DNA of 64,000 nt from Eledone cirrhosa (taxonomy: Eukaryota). Of this stretch, positions 1-12,600 are shown piece by piece (position 1 is the first letter of the stretch; the number at the start of each line of letters is the position of its first letter). The notes beneath the pieces are model-generated. The model had not been told where the DNA came from. It saw nothing but the letters and a program-made list of their open reading frames with translations, and ran no database searches. The DNA is taken from NCBI GenBank assembly GCA_964016885.1, contig OZ024740.1, positions 341,124,001 to 341,188,000 on the forward strand. Direction: 5' to 3'. A program made the position numbers and the translations under genes.

Positions 1-527
1 AGGTTATTATGGTCTAAGTTCATATTTAGAGTTACTGCTCACCTAGACAGGTAAGAGGATCATGTCTTACTCATATGTTTAAATTTTTAGTATGGTTTCT
101 ACAGCTGGATGCTCTTCAAACACAAACCACTTAACAGAATGTACTGGGTGCATTATATCATGATACCAGCATTAAAGAGATTGTCCTTTTCTCAACAAGA
201 GTTATGTTGCCTCCATTCAATCGTAACCATTTTACAGAGTGTAGAGTGCATTTGGTTGTGGCCCCAACACTTGAGAAAAGCTCTTACATGCCAAGAGTCC
301 TTTCCACTTTATCTTTTCAAAGCAAAACATGCCTGAGCGTGATTTGAAAGGGAGTGATGGCTAGGCAATTAAATGAGTAGAGAGTATAAATTGAGAGGAG
401 GAAAGAATATTTAAAAAAAAGTCATCTGGGACATCATTGGTCACAAGCTTGTTGGATTATGGTTGACTTGAGAGTATACATTATCTATACCAAATCTTCA
501 TCTTAACCACTACAAAATATCATAAGA

Positions 528-1633
528 ATCATCATCATCATCATCGTTTAACGTCCGTGTTCCACGCTTGCATGGGTTTGGACGGGGGTTTTCCCACTTG
601 AGGCAAGAGTGATTGTCTTGCTCGCATAGGACTGTCTGGCGGGTTTTCTACAGCTGGATGCCCTTCCTAACACCAACCACATTTACAGTGTGGGGCTGGG
701 AGGTTTTTACCGTGTTGCCTACACGGCCACATTACAGCGTGGACTGTGTGTTTTTTGTCGTGACACCTACACGATCTCATTTTGTTTCGGCCTGGATGTT
801 GTGGCACCAACATAACTTTACATTGAAAGGGGCGGTGTGGATGGGGTGGGGGTGGTGGGACGGGGGTGTATTTTGTTAGAGATGCCTACTGACTGTAGTA
901 GGTTTTACTTTGTATTTAGGTAAGGCAGGTCTTCTCTATTACTGAGTACCGCCAAAGGTCTCGGTCCAGTGACATTGTCTTGGAGAGGTGTAAGTGTGTG
1001 AGGTCGGAATTTATCAGCTCATCCCAGGTTTTTCTGGGTCTGCCTACTCCGTAGCTACCGTCTATCTTTATTGCCCTGCACTTTGTTATACAGCTGTCGT
1101 CTTTCATGCGCATCACGTGACCATACCAACGTAGCCTTCTCTCGAGTAAACAACATCTGATCCCTCTTATTTCTAATTTTTTCCTTAGTTCGCCTATGCT
1201 TTGCCGTTCACGTATGTTACTATTACACATCCAGCGGAGCATGCAGGCTTCGTTCCTCTCTAGTCTGCGTATATCCTCTGCACACAATGCCCAGGTCTCA
1301 CTGCCATGCAACATTGCTGTCCGTATGCAGGCATCATACAACCTGCCTTTCATTTTTAGGGAGAACCCTTTAGTGGCTAATAGTGGTATAAGCTCTCTGA
1401 ACTTTTTCCATCCAGTTCTGACTCTAGCTACTGTACTTTCAGAGCACCCTCCCCCACTGCTGATTTTGTCACCCAGGTAACGAAAGCTATCCACTATTTC
1501 TATAGAACCCTCTGCGCAATTGAAAGAGCTAGTATTTTGTGGGCACTTGCTGCTACTTATTGCACCAGAGCACCGGCCACATGTAAAATCTATGTTCTTA
1601 GTTAGCTTACCTGTGATCCCACTACATCTTTTA
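528..1633 (-). mobile_element. 5'-truncated RTE-clade LINE (family RTE-A): RT C-terminus + 3' UTR + (ATG)n tail
   Basis: ORF 916-1494 has FRYLG, LHGSETW, RRLRWYGHVMRM, GRPRKTW; (CAT)n at about 528-545; near-identical to the 3' end of 37558-42010. Confidence 0.9.
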
Positions 1634-3491
1634 TTTTTTATCTGGACAATAAACTAGATAGAACATACTCTAACTGCTATATATATTACACACCTTACTT
1701 AGACTGAACAATAGTGTACTTAATGTTTCTTTTAACAGAGAAGGAAGATCAGTGCCTATGATACTTCTCAGGGACTCCAAGACTGTTGAAAAAGAGCAAA
1801 AAACAAAGCTAGAATGCTTACAACAGAGTAGACTCTGCTATAAGTACACAATGGTCAATTAAATATACCACTCAAGTATGATACAGTAGAATTTGGACTC
1901 AGAATGCAAAGAACTGAAACAAATACAGCAGGGCATCTCATCCAACACTAATAATTATACCAATCTATCACACAAGACTAAAACTGATGAAAAGGATGAA
2001 AGACTAAATTGACTTCAGTGAAGAGCCAGAACAAATACCGTAAAGTCTTTTTGTCCTACACTCTAACAACTCTGCCAATTCGTCTTTGAACTTGTGAGTT
2101 ATGACCAAATATTTGAAGGGCTACTTGGACCTAAATGTGAAAACAGAAAATTATTGATGGATCGTTTCTTATGTAAGGAAACAAGAAACAATATGTCCTA
2201 TAAATATCCACACGGAAAGGCAGCAGGTGAATTAGTTTAGATCCCTAATTTTCTTGGGTCTGAATATACATGTCCTAGCACAACCAAAAATAAAAAAAAG
2301 CCTAACACTAAAACATTTACTGCTGAAGAATTTCCTTTTTGTTTTACTGTTCAGTTAGGGAGAGAAAAGGAGTGTCCATGACACTTTTCAAGACTGGTGG
2401 GAGGGGGAAAAGGATATATCTTCAAATCAGAAATCTGGCCCCAATGATTGTAAGAGTGGAAGCTGCTAGCATATAACAACTGAAAAGCGAATATCTCAAG
2501 AGAGTTTGGCCCAGTACTAGAAAATTCAATGATGCTAATCATCTGCATTCAGTAGAGATTTGGATATTTAAAAACAAGAGCTTGCTGAAATTTGGTAAAC
2601 TTTTACTCTATCGTTACCAGAATTAGTCATTTAGATAATGATTTAGGAATTCAAATCAAACCAAAGGCAACTTTATCTTGTATCCCTTCCAGATGAATAA
2701 AATTAATACTAATATATTGGAAGGAAACTATAAGGAACTATACAGTACCTTTATCTTTAGTGAAGATTACTTTGTCAATCTCAATCTTTAGAATAGCCAG
2801 CTCTGAGTTTCTCAAAAATGATGCTATTTTCTATTAGCATGTTCCATTGACAATATTTTGAATAAATAACAATGTAGAACATTTCTATTTCAAATTCTGT
2901 AAATATAAAGTATTGAACAACAATAATTATCATGCAGGCATTATCAGGAAGCAAGGAATGAGCAAGTGATTGGACTCTATATTCAATCTTACCTCAATTT
3001 AACTTGGTTGTTCACAGAAGTACCATAGACATGATTGATAATGAATTTATTGATTGTTTGCAGAAGTAACACAAGCTGCAAGTTTGGTTGTTAACACTTC
3101 TTGCTATTTTAAAAAAGCAGTACAATGTTCTAAAAATTTCACTGTAAGAATTAAAAACTTTGACAACAGAACAACCAATGAAATTTTACTTGTCATTTTA
3201 TTTATAATAAAAAAAAAAATAAAAAAAATCAGAATCTTTCTTTTTTTGTTTCAAGACAATTTCAAAACACAAACACTCTGTTCCAGCGATATTTACACTG
3301 GTCAAGGTGGAAAAAAAAAAGTCAAATAAAGCTCACATTATTTAAAGGAAAACAAAATTGTGAGAAAGTTAAGCTGAAGTAAAAGATTAATTTAGAACTG
3401 TTTGTTTAGTTATTATAAGGCAAAAATAAATCAGTTTTTTTCTTAGTAATGGAGCTAAACATATGTTACCAGTTCTTTGAAAATCCTTCAT

Positions 3492-5687
3492 TCATCGACT
3501 TGCAAATTTCCTATTATATTTCAAATCAATAAAAGAGGTCTGTGCCCGTTTCTCCAATATTGCCAATTCAGAAACAGTTGGAGCCAACTGAGCAACATGC
3601 CCTTTGTACATCGAACCCATATTTCTACGTTTCTGCCCATAGGTAACTTTACCATCAAATTCAAAGACAGGAATTTTCATATCAGGTTGCACTTTATCAA
3701 TAGTGATGTCCAAATGTTCTTGAATATCATTCAACAGCTTAGGTTCATCATACCAGATGCAACAGCCTCCTCTGTCTGTCAAATTGGTATTATAACATCC
3801 TTTTCCACGGTTTGAACAGTTCGAATGGTACCAGACTTTCTCTTTCTTTACTGCACATAAAGAAATAGCCAAACCCATTCTTTCGGCACGACCGACACGA
3901 CCAATACGATGAATGTAGTTTTGTTTTTCATCGGGTAGAGTGACATTGATGACAAAGGGGAGCCCAGACACATCAATACCTCGAGCAGCTACATCGGTAC
4001 AAATGAGAAATCGAACTTTTTTATCTTTAAATTTCTGTAGATTAGCTTTACGTTCTGGAGGTTTGCGATCACTGTGAAGACAAACACAGGAATATTTACC
4101 TCTTCCTCGATCCATTAAAAACTTCTCCATGTTATCACAATCCAACTTTGTTCTGCAGAAAATCAATGCACGATCTATATTATGCTCATCAATAGCATTT
4201 ATAGTATATTCTCCTTTGAGGATTTTCACAGCCTCAGACATCATCTCTGCAGAAAAGGGATTACTATGATTATCTTTATAATGAACACCATCAGTTTGAA
4301 GATGGTGTTTCAGAGTTTTCCACTGAGTGTCGACAGTTGGATCAATCTCGCAGACAACATGGTGAACAGTCTCAGGAACAGAATCTTGACCCTTTAAATC
4401 AATCCATGTGGGGAAATACATGATTCTCTCAGCCATTTTCTTCACATCAAAAGAATGCAAGGTAGCAGAACAGACAACCATTTGTAAACGATTTCCATCA
4501 TTGGTTACTTTTGGAATTTGTTGATGCAGGCGGTTGATTAACTCTCCATAACCTTGAGAGAGCAGACCATCAGCTTCATCAAGCACAAAGAAACGTACTT
4601 GATGTAAAGCCAGTTTTCCCGTTGAAATCAAGTCGTCCATACGACCTGGTGTTCCTACAACAATGTCAATTCCTTGTTCCAACCTATCACACTGGTCCTT
4701 AGAACTAACACCTCCAATAATTAGAAGTTCTCTGATGTTAGGCTCAGATAAATATTTTTTGAACTTACAAATTTGAGTAAAAGTTTGTTCAGCTAATTCT
4801 CTCGAGGGTTCAATAATAATAGCTTGTGGTGCATTAGGGGCAGGTTTGTGGGTATTTGCTCCAGATTCTACTCTCGCGACAAACATGGCATCTTTTGGTG
4901 CCTTAAACAAAGGGGTCCAACTTTTATCTGGTGGATATTTGAAGGAGTTATCACCAAAATTTATATCCATTTCAGCATTTTTCAAAACAAGAGCAGCAAA
5001 GAAATTCTCACTTCTTAATGGACCGGGAATATCATATGCTTTACCGAGATCAATTCCATTTTTTGACCATTTAATCAGGCCTTTTTCCAGATCTATGTAA
5101 CAGCCAATAATGTCGTTAATACCGAAAGATTCCCCATAAGAATCAAACTGTCTGTTATTAGATTTCTTGCCGGTACCACCAAACCCGAACCCAAATTTAT
5201 CAGTACCGAGATCAAGTGTAGCTTTGTTCGTTGCCCAGCCAACACGACAGAGACCCTCATCTGTTACAGTAGCTTCATAAAAATAACGTCCAGCCTTGCC
5301 GTGTACAGCTTTATTGGAGCGAACCCCATGCCAACCAGATGCATCTCTGGCCTGGCATAAATGGCCTTCAGAGTCAATAGCCATGGCATCGCTACGGTCG
5401 AATACGTTCATCTTCCAATTTTTTGATACATCAGCGGGCTTAAATATAGTTTTACCTTTACCTTTACCTTCAGCTTGATCTTTCAACGACTCATGAACAA
5501 TCTGTATGATAGGTAAACAGAAGGCTCCAGTCTTGCCGCTTCCAGTCTCAGCCGCCATCAATACATCTCCTCCTCCCAGAATCATTGGGATAGCTTCAGA
5601 CTGAACATCTGTCGGTAACATCCAGTCCATTTCTTCAACAGCCTTACCTAGTTCAGGCATTACGCCCATCTCTTCAAAAGCAGTCAT
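3492..5687 (-). CDS. DDX1: ATP-dependent RNA helicase DDX1 (DEAD-box with SPRY insertion), single coding exon, 731 aa
   Basis: Uninterrupted ORF with the DDX1 N-terminus [18 protein letters not shown] motif (PTDVQ), Walker [13 protein letters not shown] insertion ([38 protein letters not shown]), [34 protein letters not shown] and the DDX1-type C-terminal GGCCIWYDE. Confidence 0.97.
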   Translation of the reverse strand: MTAFEEMGVMPELGKAVEEMDWMLPTDVQSEAIPMILGGGDVLMAAETGSGKTGAFCLPIIQIVHESLKDQAEGKGKGKTIFKPADVSKNWKMNVFDRSDAMAIDSEGHLCQARDASGWHGVRSNKAVHGKAGRYFYEATVTDEGLCRVGWATNKATLDLGTDKFGFGFGGTGKKSNNRQFDSYGESFGINDIIGCYIDLEKGLIKWSKNGIDLGKAYDIPGPLRSENFFAALVLKNAEMDINFGDNSFKYPPDKSWTPLFKAPKDAMFVARVESGANTHKPAPNAPQAIIIEPSRELAEQTFTQICKFKKYLSEPNIRELLIIGGVSSKDQCDRLEQGIDIVVGTPGRMDDLISTGKLALHQVRFFVLDEADGLLSQGYGELINRLHQQIPKVTNDGNRLQMVVCSATLHSFDVKKMAERIMYFPTWIDLKGQDSVPETVHHVVCEIDPTVDTQWKTLKHHLQTDGVHYKDNHSNPFSAEMMSEAVKILKGEYTINAIDEHNIDRALIFCRTKLDCDNMEKFLMDRGRGKYSCVCLHSDRKPPERKANLQKFKDKKVRFLICTDVAARGIDVSGLPFVINVTLPDEKQNYIHRIGRVGRAERMGLAISLCAVKKEKVWYHSNCSNRGKGCYNTNLTDRGGCCIWYDEPKLLNDIQEHLDITIDKVQPDMKIPVFEFDGKVTYGQKRRNMGSMYKGHVAQLAPTVSELAILEKRAQTSFIDLKYNRKFASR

Positions 5688-6144
5688 TTTGTTGTAATAA
5701 TATCAATGTATTTACTACAGTGATAAACAACAAATTTTCACACGTCTCGGCAAGTAATGTCGGCACAGGAAGACGATATAAGTTCGACGTGCACAGATAC
5801 TCCCGCACAGAATATGTTTCCATTTGCTTAAGAGAATATTCTTATAACCAAATTAGAATCTTTTTATAAATTTAATGCACTCATTTATTTTTATCTCATT
5901 TTATCGCAGTATAATTAACTTGCTTTTAGTGAAAATTGTATGAGAAATGACCTTTGACATTCATTCAGTGCGCTATTGCCATTCCGATCACAACTTATGT
6001 CCCAAACACGAATCCTGTTGAAAGAATCATGTTTCACACAATGTATTATTTGAAGGAATTAGTTTTATTGGAATGACACTTCGTGTAAAAATCGGAGATA
6101 TAGTAATGATAAATTTATGCTGTTGATAAAGTTGTAGGGCAACT
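5688..6144. promoter_or_regulatory. Putative bidirectional promoter / 5' UTR region shared by DDX1 and WDR59
   Basis: Only 457 bp separate the two divergent start codons. No repeat is recognisable here and CpGs are locally more frequent (about 5740-5810). TSSs cannot be located from sequence alone. Confidence 0.65.
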
Positions 6145-6198
6145 ATGGCTATTCGGTGGAGTATTGAACAAAATGTGAAAGATCTTAAAGATCTTCAG
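6145..6198 (+). CDS. WDR59: WDR59 coding exon 1 (MAIRWSIEQNVKDLKDLQ)
   Basis: ATG at 6145, donor CAG|gtttgt, 54 nt; resembles the WDR59 N-terminus MAARWS. Confidence 0.85.
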
Positions 6199-6629
6199 GT
6201 TTGTTAAATCATGAAATATTTCGTTGATATTTTACCTGTAATTTTGTCATATATTTTTCTCACTCGTCAATTTTTGAACATTTCTCCATCTCAGTGTTTT
6301 GTTCAGCGTATTGTATATTTATGTATACATTGTCAGAAAAACGTCTGCGCGCTCAACCCAGTTTCTCTATATAGCACACTAATATATATGGTATACATAA
6401 TGCAGATGCGACCTAACAAATATTTATCTTATGATTAATCACATATAATCATCTATGGTGTTACTGTCACTTTTATACTCTTACTGATATTTATACAAAC
6501 CAAAGAGAGCTTCTGCGCTGTCGTTCGACATACTAGAAATAGCAGCGAAATCTCCCTCAAATCATCCACCCCTGTTTTAAAAATGATAGGAGACAAGATA
6601 TGTGTATCCAAGATAACGTAGTCCTGCAT

Positions 6630-6694
<65 letters not shown>

Positions 6695-9600
6695 TATATA
6701 TACATAAAGGGAGAATTACAGCTCCAATATCCATAGGTCTGTTGAACTGGGGCTAAACAACTCTGTAATGTCAATAGCATTTATATTTTTTCTTTATGAT
6801 TGTCAGAACTGAACTTGCCAGTCTTTATCTGTTAGGCATGTAACAGCTGACTACAGCAAGTGTATTTACTTATCTTATAACGTTGTTGTTTTAATATTTC
6901 GTCAAAGATGAGCAGGGTCACGCATATGACCTTTGTTGGCTTTATGTGTGCTATTGAACTCTACATTAGCTCTAAAATACATGTCTTAATATTTATACGT
7001 AGTTATAATGTAGATGACAGCACTAGTAGGTGGTGTAAGTAAACTGTTTGAAGACGGTTGATATTTTTCCAAACCATTTACCTTTGTTCAATGTAATAAC
7101 TGATACATTATCAATGTAATAACTAATACATTATCTATATATCTAAAATATTTTTATTTACAATTGTCTAAATTTGCAGTTGAATAACATTACAAATATG
7201 TTTTAAATATATACATAAATAACATTACAAATTGCCCGCAATTCGTTCAGAAATATAATGTCTAAACCGTGTATAATAATATAATATAATTCATTGAACA
7301 ATAATGATAAAGGAAAGAAAAAAAATAACCCCAGTAAAAAAACATTTCGAAATCTTTACTCAAAGAAATCCAAAATACGAGAAAAACTCTAAAAATCCAC
7401 TTTCACCTTAAAAGTCCACTGCACACTTTTTATTGAAAATCCGTCATTTCGTGTATAGATAAAATAGAATTAGAAAAAAAAATGACTCATCTATAGCCCA
7501 CTCTTGTATTAATCCTTTAGCATTTACATTACTCTATATATACTATTGCATTTTCATGGTAAAGGCTTTACCTCACATAATATTGATATTGTTCATTTTG
7601 AGAATAATACCTTAATATAAGTATGAGTGGCCGGTTTGAACAGAAAGAGGTGAGAGAATTCTGGCCAGTTTAAATGTTAAAGAGCTAAGTATCTTTTCTT
7701 TTTCAACAACACTTTCTGAAGAGCCAGCAATTGCCTGTACCTCACTCTCTTTTGTTACCAAATTTATTAGTGTTTTGTCAATTTCAACATGGTTAAAGAT
7801 GATGGATGAAGAGATGAAAGTTGGTAATGTGGGTGAGATGCAGATGATAGGAAACATTGTGAAGCTTGTCATTGGGGTCAAAGCTAACCTCTACTGTAGC
7901 AGAGGAAAAGGCCTTAAAATGCCTGTTGTTTACTGCTTTCAATATATCAGGAATAGGTTTTACTTGCTGCAGAAATGTAAAAGTTACAACAATACCAAGT
8001 TGATTGATATTTTATTTAAATTGCTTGATGTAATACCCAAATGAATACCATCCATCAGGCATCTACCATACTCTGAACACCTTGCTTCCCTGGGCCTGGA
8101 TACATTAAAGCTCCGACGTCTGGCAACTGATTTAGTAGACAGAAGATTATTAACCATCTTTCCAACAACAACTCTGAGCACCTCTTTGAATTCCATATGT
8201 CTAACACCCGTGGACATGCTTACAAAATTAGAAAACTGTACAGCTCCCATGACTTTCAAAAACATTTTTTCATGCTCAGAGTTGGTGAAGTATGGAACAA
8301 ACTATCTGCATCAGTTGTTAACTGTCAGGACACTGCATCCTTCAAACTTCCATGCTTCCTGAAATTCGCCAACACTACACCTGATATTCCCCATCCGTAC
8401 ACACGCACACATGTATCTGTGTGTATATCATGACTCATACACTTCACTTTCCTGACATTTGTACATTATTCTGTGTACTATACATGCCTCTTTGATGAGT
8501 TGTAGTGCACCTGAGCACTGTGTTTATGAAAATGATGATTCCCAGTACTAGAAGAAACTGATTATCATATAAAACTAATTTGTCATTGGAGTTCTTCAAA
8601 GATGTTATATTGCACAATATTAAACTTGAACAGTGGGAAGTAAATAGCTCAGCATTATGAAGAGGAAAGTAAGACTTTATAGAAAACAAGAGTTGGAGGA
8701 GGAAGTGTGTTAAACATCAAACAATATAATTTTGTTGTGCAACTCTTTCTTGATAAACTATGAAGAAATCATGATTATGTCCCAACCAGATTATTTAGCT
8801 AGGAATAGAATAAACCCTTTTGACTAGCAGTTCCCAAACCAGCTGCTTACAATAGTAGTCTGTGAGCTAAGTACAGCATTTCAAAGTACTTTGTTAAAAA
8901 CATAATATGCACGTTTTGGGGTATCTATTACCTAAGTATAAACATTTCTCCCTTTCAATTGTTAATCTCAGTCTATAACAATATGATAATGGAGTTATTG
9001 TAGCAGGGTGGGGGTGTTTGTTGGAAAATTTATTTAAATAAAAGAGGTTGGGAGCCAGGAGTGTTTGAAGACTCTGCCCCCACGACCCTCTCAGGAATAA
9101 GTGGGCAAAGAGGGTTGGGAACCTCTGATCTAGGATTAAAATATCTTCATATTGTAATGAAAGAGATTCACTAAAATTATCTGGATTAATGTTTCTTTTT
9201 GAAAAGAATTTGTATCTTTATTTACAGGCCAGCACAATGGCTGTGGACTGCCTTGGTCACTGGGTTCTTCTTGGAGGGTAAGAATGTTATTTCTCTCAAT
9301 TATATCTGTATTTTATATTCAAATTGTAATTTTGTCTTTCTGAATCTCTTGCTCTTTTTTTTTTATTTCAGGAAAAGAGCCTTAACGTTGATGAGTCTTG
9401 AAAATCATGACCATGTTCGAAAAATTGACCGAAACAGCAAATATGATATTAGCTGTGTTCAGTGGAATCCGCATGCTGTTGCAGCTGAAAAGTTTGCTGT
9501 AGCCGTAAGTGAACTATAAAATTAATAAAGTCGGTACTAACATACTTAATTTAGTAAACCCAAATAAATTTCAATAGCACAAGGGAAACAACCCTGAAAT

Positions 9601-12600
9601 TATATTTAAAATTAATCAATTATGGAATACTGCTGGGGAGAGAACCTAATCGTTTGCTGCACTGTGATAATTCTAGATATGTTTTGTTCTTAATACTATT
9701 CATCAGTGAAGCTTAGTCTACCTAAAATTGTTGGATCTTAGAATAACCAGGGAGATATAGGCTGAATGACAATAAAATTCACATTAATTAGATGAATGTT
9801 ACAGCTTGCATTTATCTCAGAATATGACATACTTTTTATATGAATAATATTGATCTCTGGTCTGAATATTGAGGTAGTAAAATGTTGGACGTCTAGTTGA
9901 GGTGGCTATGTATTTTAAAACAGATGTATTTTTACATATATAGATATATATCTTTCGAATATTTTATATTTGCTATTTAACTGATCTAATTATGTGTTTC
10001 TACAGTTAATTTGAGGCGGCAAATTGACTGAGTCGTTAGAACGTCGGATAGAATGCTTTGTGGTATTCGTTTTGGCTCTCTGAGTTCAAATTCCTTCAAG
10101 CTCAAATTTGTCTTTCATCCATTCAAGATTGATAAAAAGAAATTACCCATCCAGTACTGGGGTCGATTCATCCTGAATATCGTTTTCTCACTTCCATTCT
10201 CTCACTCTCCATCCTTCTGTGGAAGAAATCTGCTGTGTTCAGACTTGGAGAGGGATGGGCTCCGCCAGGTATAAAATGCTCAGGAAACACCATATACAGC
10301 TCCAACAGGAGTTACGGGACTATCACATTTAGAAAACTCCATTTATTTTGAATTGAGGTTATATAGGTCAAATAGATAAGCCGCATGTTATTTTCCATAT
10401 ATTTTCATGGCATATACACAAGTGTATCCAGTAATACTTTTAAATTTGTAGGGATCATTATTGTGATCCCTGTATGGCAAATCATACAATTGCACAGAAT
10501 TGCTGCCATTCTTACATAAATATAACTAAACTCAAAAATCTTTTTGTGTCTAAGTTATATTTGTGTGAGACTAGCCCCACATAAAGAAAAGACACAGTAC
10601 CAGTGTAAGCTAGTATCACTTGGACCACACATGCTGGAAAGAGGAAATGTATTCAGCATAGCTACATTTATGCATGTTGCTGAGTTTTCAGGCATGGAAA
10701 GTATTGCTCATGTGACAGGTGGAATGTATTAAATCTATTTCATGATAATGCATTTAACCTTTTTGATATCAAACTGCCTGAAACCGCCTCTGGTTCTATG
10801 ATTAAAAAAACTGGTTATTTTAAAGTATTTATATTTAACAAACTTTCGTCATCATCATTTTACATCAGTTTTTCCACACTAGCATGAGTTAGAATGATCA
10901 TAATGTTATATAAGAACCTTTGTTAAGTTATGCTCTAGACTTATAATCAGAAAGTAATTTTACTAAATTGCTCTAAATTCTTAGTTATTTTGAAATTTAT
11001 TTGAAAATCAAAAGCGTTTTTTTTTCATTAGAAATATTGTAATTAAAGTGTTAAGACTAAGTAATGTTTTCTTGTGTTATTAGTGTGGTCAGAAACTTGA
11101 TGTCTACCACTGGCAAGATGGCAGTAATAGCAGCAAACCAATATGTTCCATAAAGGCCCATTCCCGTGTTGTAAGGTAAGCATTGCATATAATTTCTAAG
11201 TCTAGTGAAAATATTGTCCTCTCTCTCTCATCTTCATTTCTCTTTAAATATTTTGTTATCAACCTGCCTGAGATTGTCCATGCTGATGGAACAAAGTGTA
11301 CTGGATGCATTTTATCATGGCATCAGCACTAAGGAGGTTGTCTTGTCTTAGATACAACTGAAGAGTCCTATATAAAAACTTATATATATATATGTTTACT
11401 CTCAGCCCATATAGACGATCATCAGATCATCATCATTTAACATCCGTTTTCCCTACTAGCAAGGGTTGACTGGGTTTTCAAAGACCAAGTCAGTATTCAG
11501 CCGTAGCCATTGACATCAGACAGGCCAGGGGACCACAACTCATTTACATATATTCCCATGCTCTACAAAGTGTACTGGGTGTGTTTTATCATGTTACCAG
11601 CACCATGTCTTTTAGAAAGTTTTCCATGGTTAGATGCTTTTCCTACCACCAACAACTTTACAGAGTGTAATTGGGTGTATTTTACCATAGCGCAACACTA
11701 GAGAGGTTGTGTCCTGAAACAATTGAAGTGTCCTTTCGACTCTTTTTTATACTTTTTTTCTTCAACTAGATGTCCTTCCTGTCACCACTTTGCAGTGTGC
11801 ACTAGATTCGTTTTCATGGTACCAGCACTAGAGAGGTGGTTATTTCATAACTGAAGGGTCCTCTCAATCTTGTTGTAGCATTCCTAACACCAACCATATT
11901 TCAGGGTGTAGAGAGAACCTTTTATCGTGGCACTAGCACGGTTGTCATCATTGACTCAACTGAAGAGTCCTCTTTACCCTGTATGGGTAGGTGGTGACTT
12001 GTCCTGAGTGAGCCATATTTGGTGGGGAATATGATGGAGGGAAGTAATGAGGATAGTCATGATGTCATATATGTGTGTTTGTATGTTATATATTTATATC
12101 CTCAACATCATAACAATTTAATGTCTATTTTCCATGTTTGCATGAGTTGTAACACTATGAGGCTAGACAGGTCAGGTGACTTGCTCTTATTCTCCATTTT
12201 TAGCTTTGTTTTCTATGGCTTGATGCCCTTCCTAACATCAATGTCTTTATAGCATGTACTGGAAAGTTTTTCATGGCACCAACACTACCTAGAAGAACAA
12301 TATTATTGTTTGATCAATATATATACTTATATATTTATGTAACATTCAATATGCAATAAAACCATTTTAAAGTGATACTTCACTATCTCATACATTATAT
12401 AAGCACCGAGCCCACTCTGTAAAGTGGTTGTGTAGGTGACACGACAAAAAGCACCCAGTACACACTGTAAATGAGATTGGCATTATGTAGAAATCAAGCC
12501 AAAATCAGATCTGTATGAGCAAGACATGTTTACCTGACCTTACATTGCTCACAATAGGACAAGTTGTCTAACCCATGCTAACATGGAAAAATGTATGTTA

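Noticed and set aside
3477-5478. Plus-strand ORFs overlapping DDX1 and antisense ORFs over the LINEs
   Set aside because: Shadow frames with no recognisable motifs.
5948-5960. DR1-like nuclear receptor element tgacctttgacat in the promoter region
   Set aside because: Short, common motif; not supportable without functional data.
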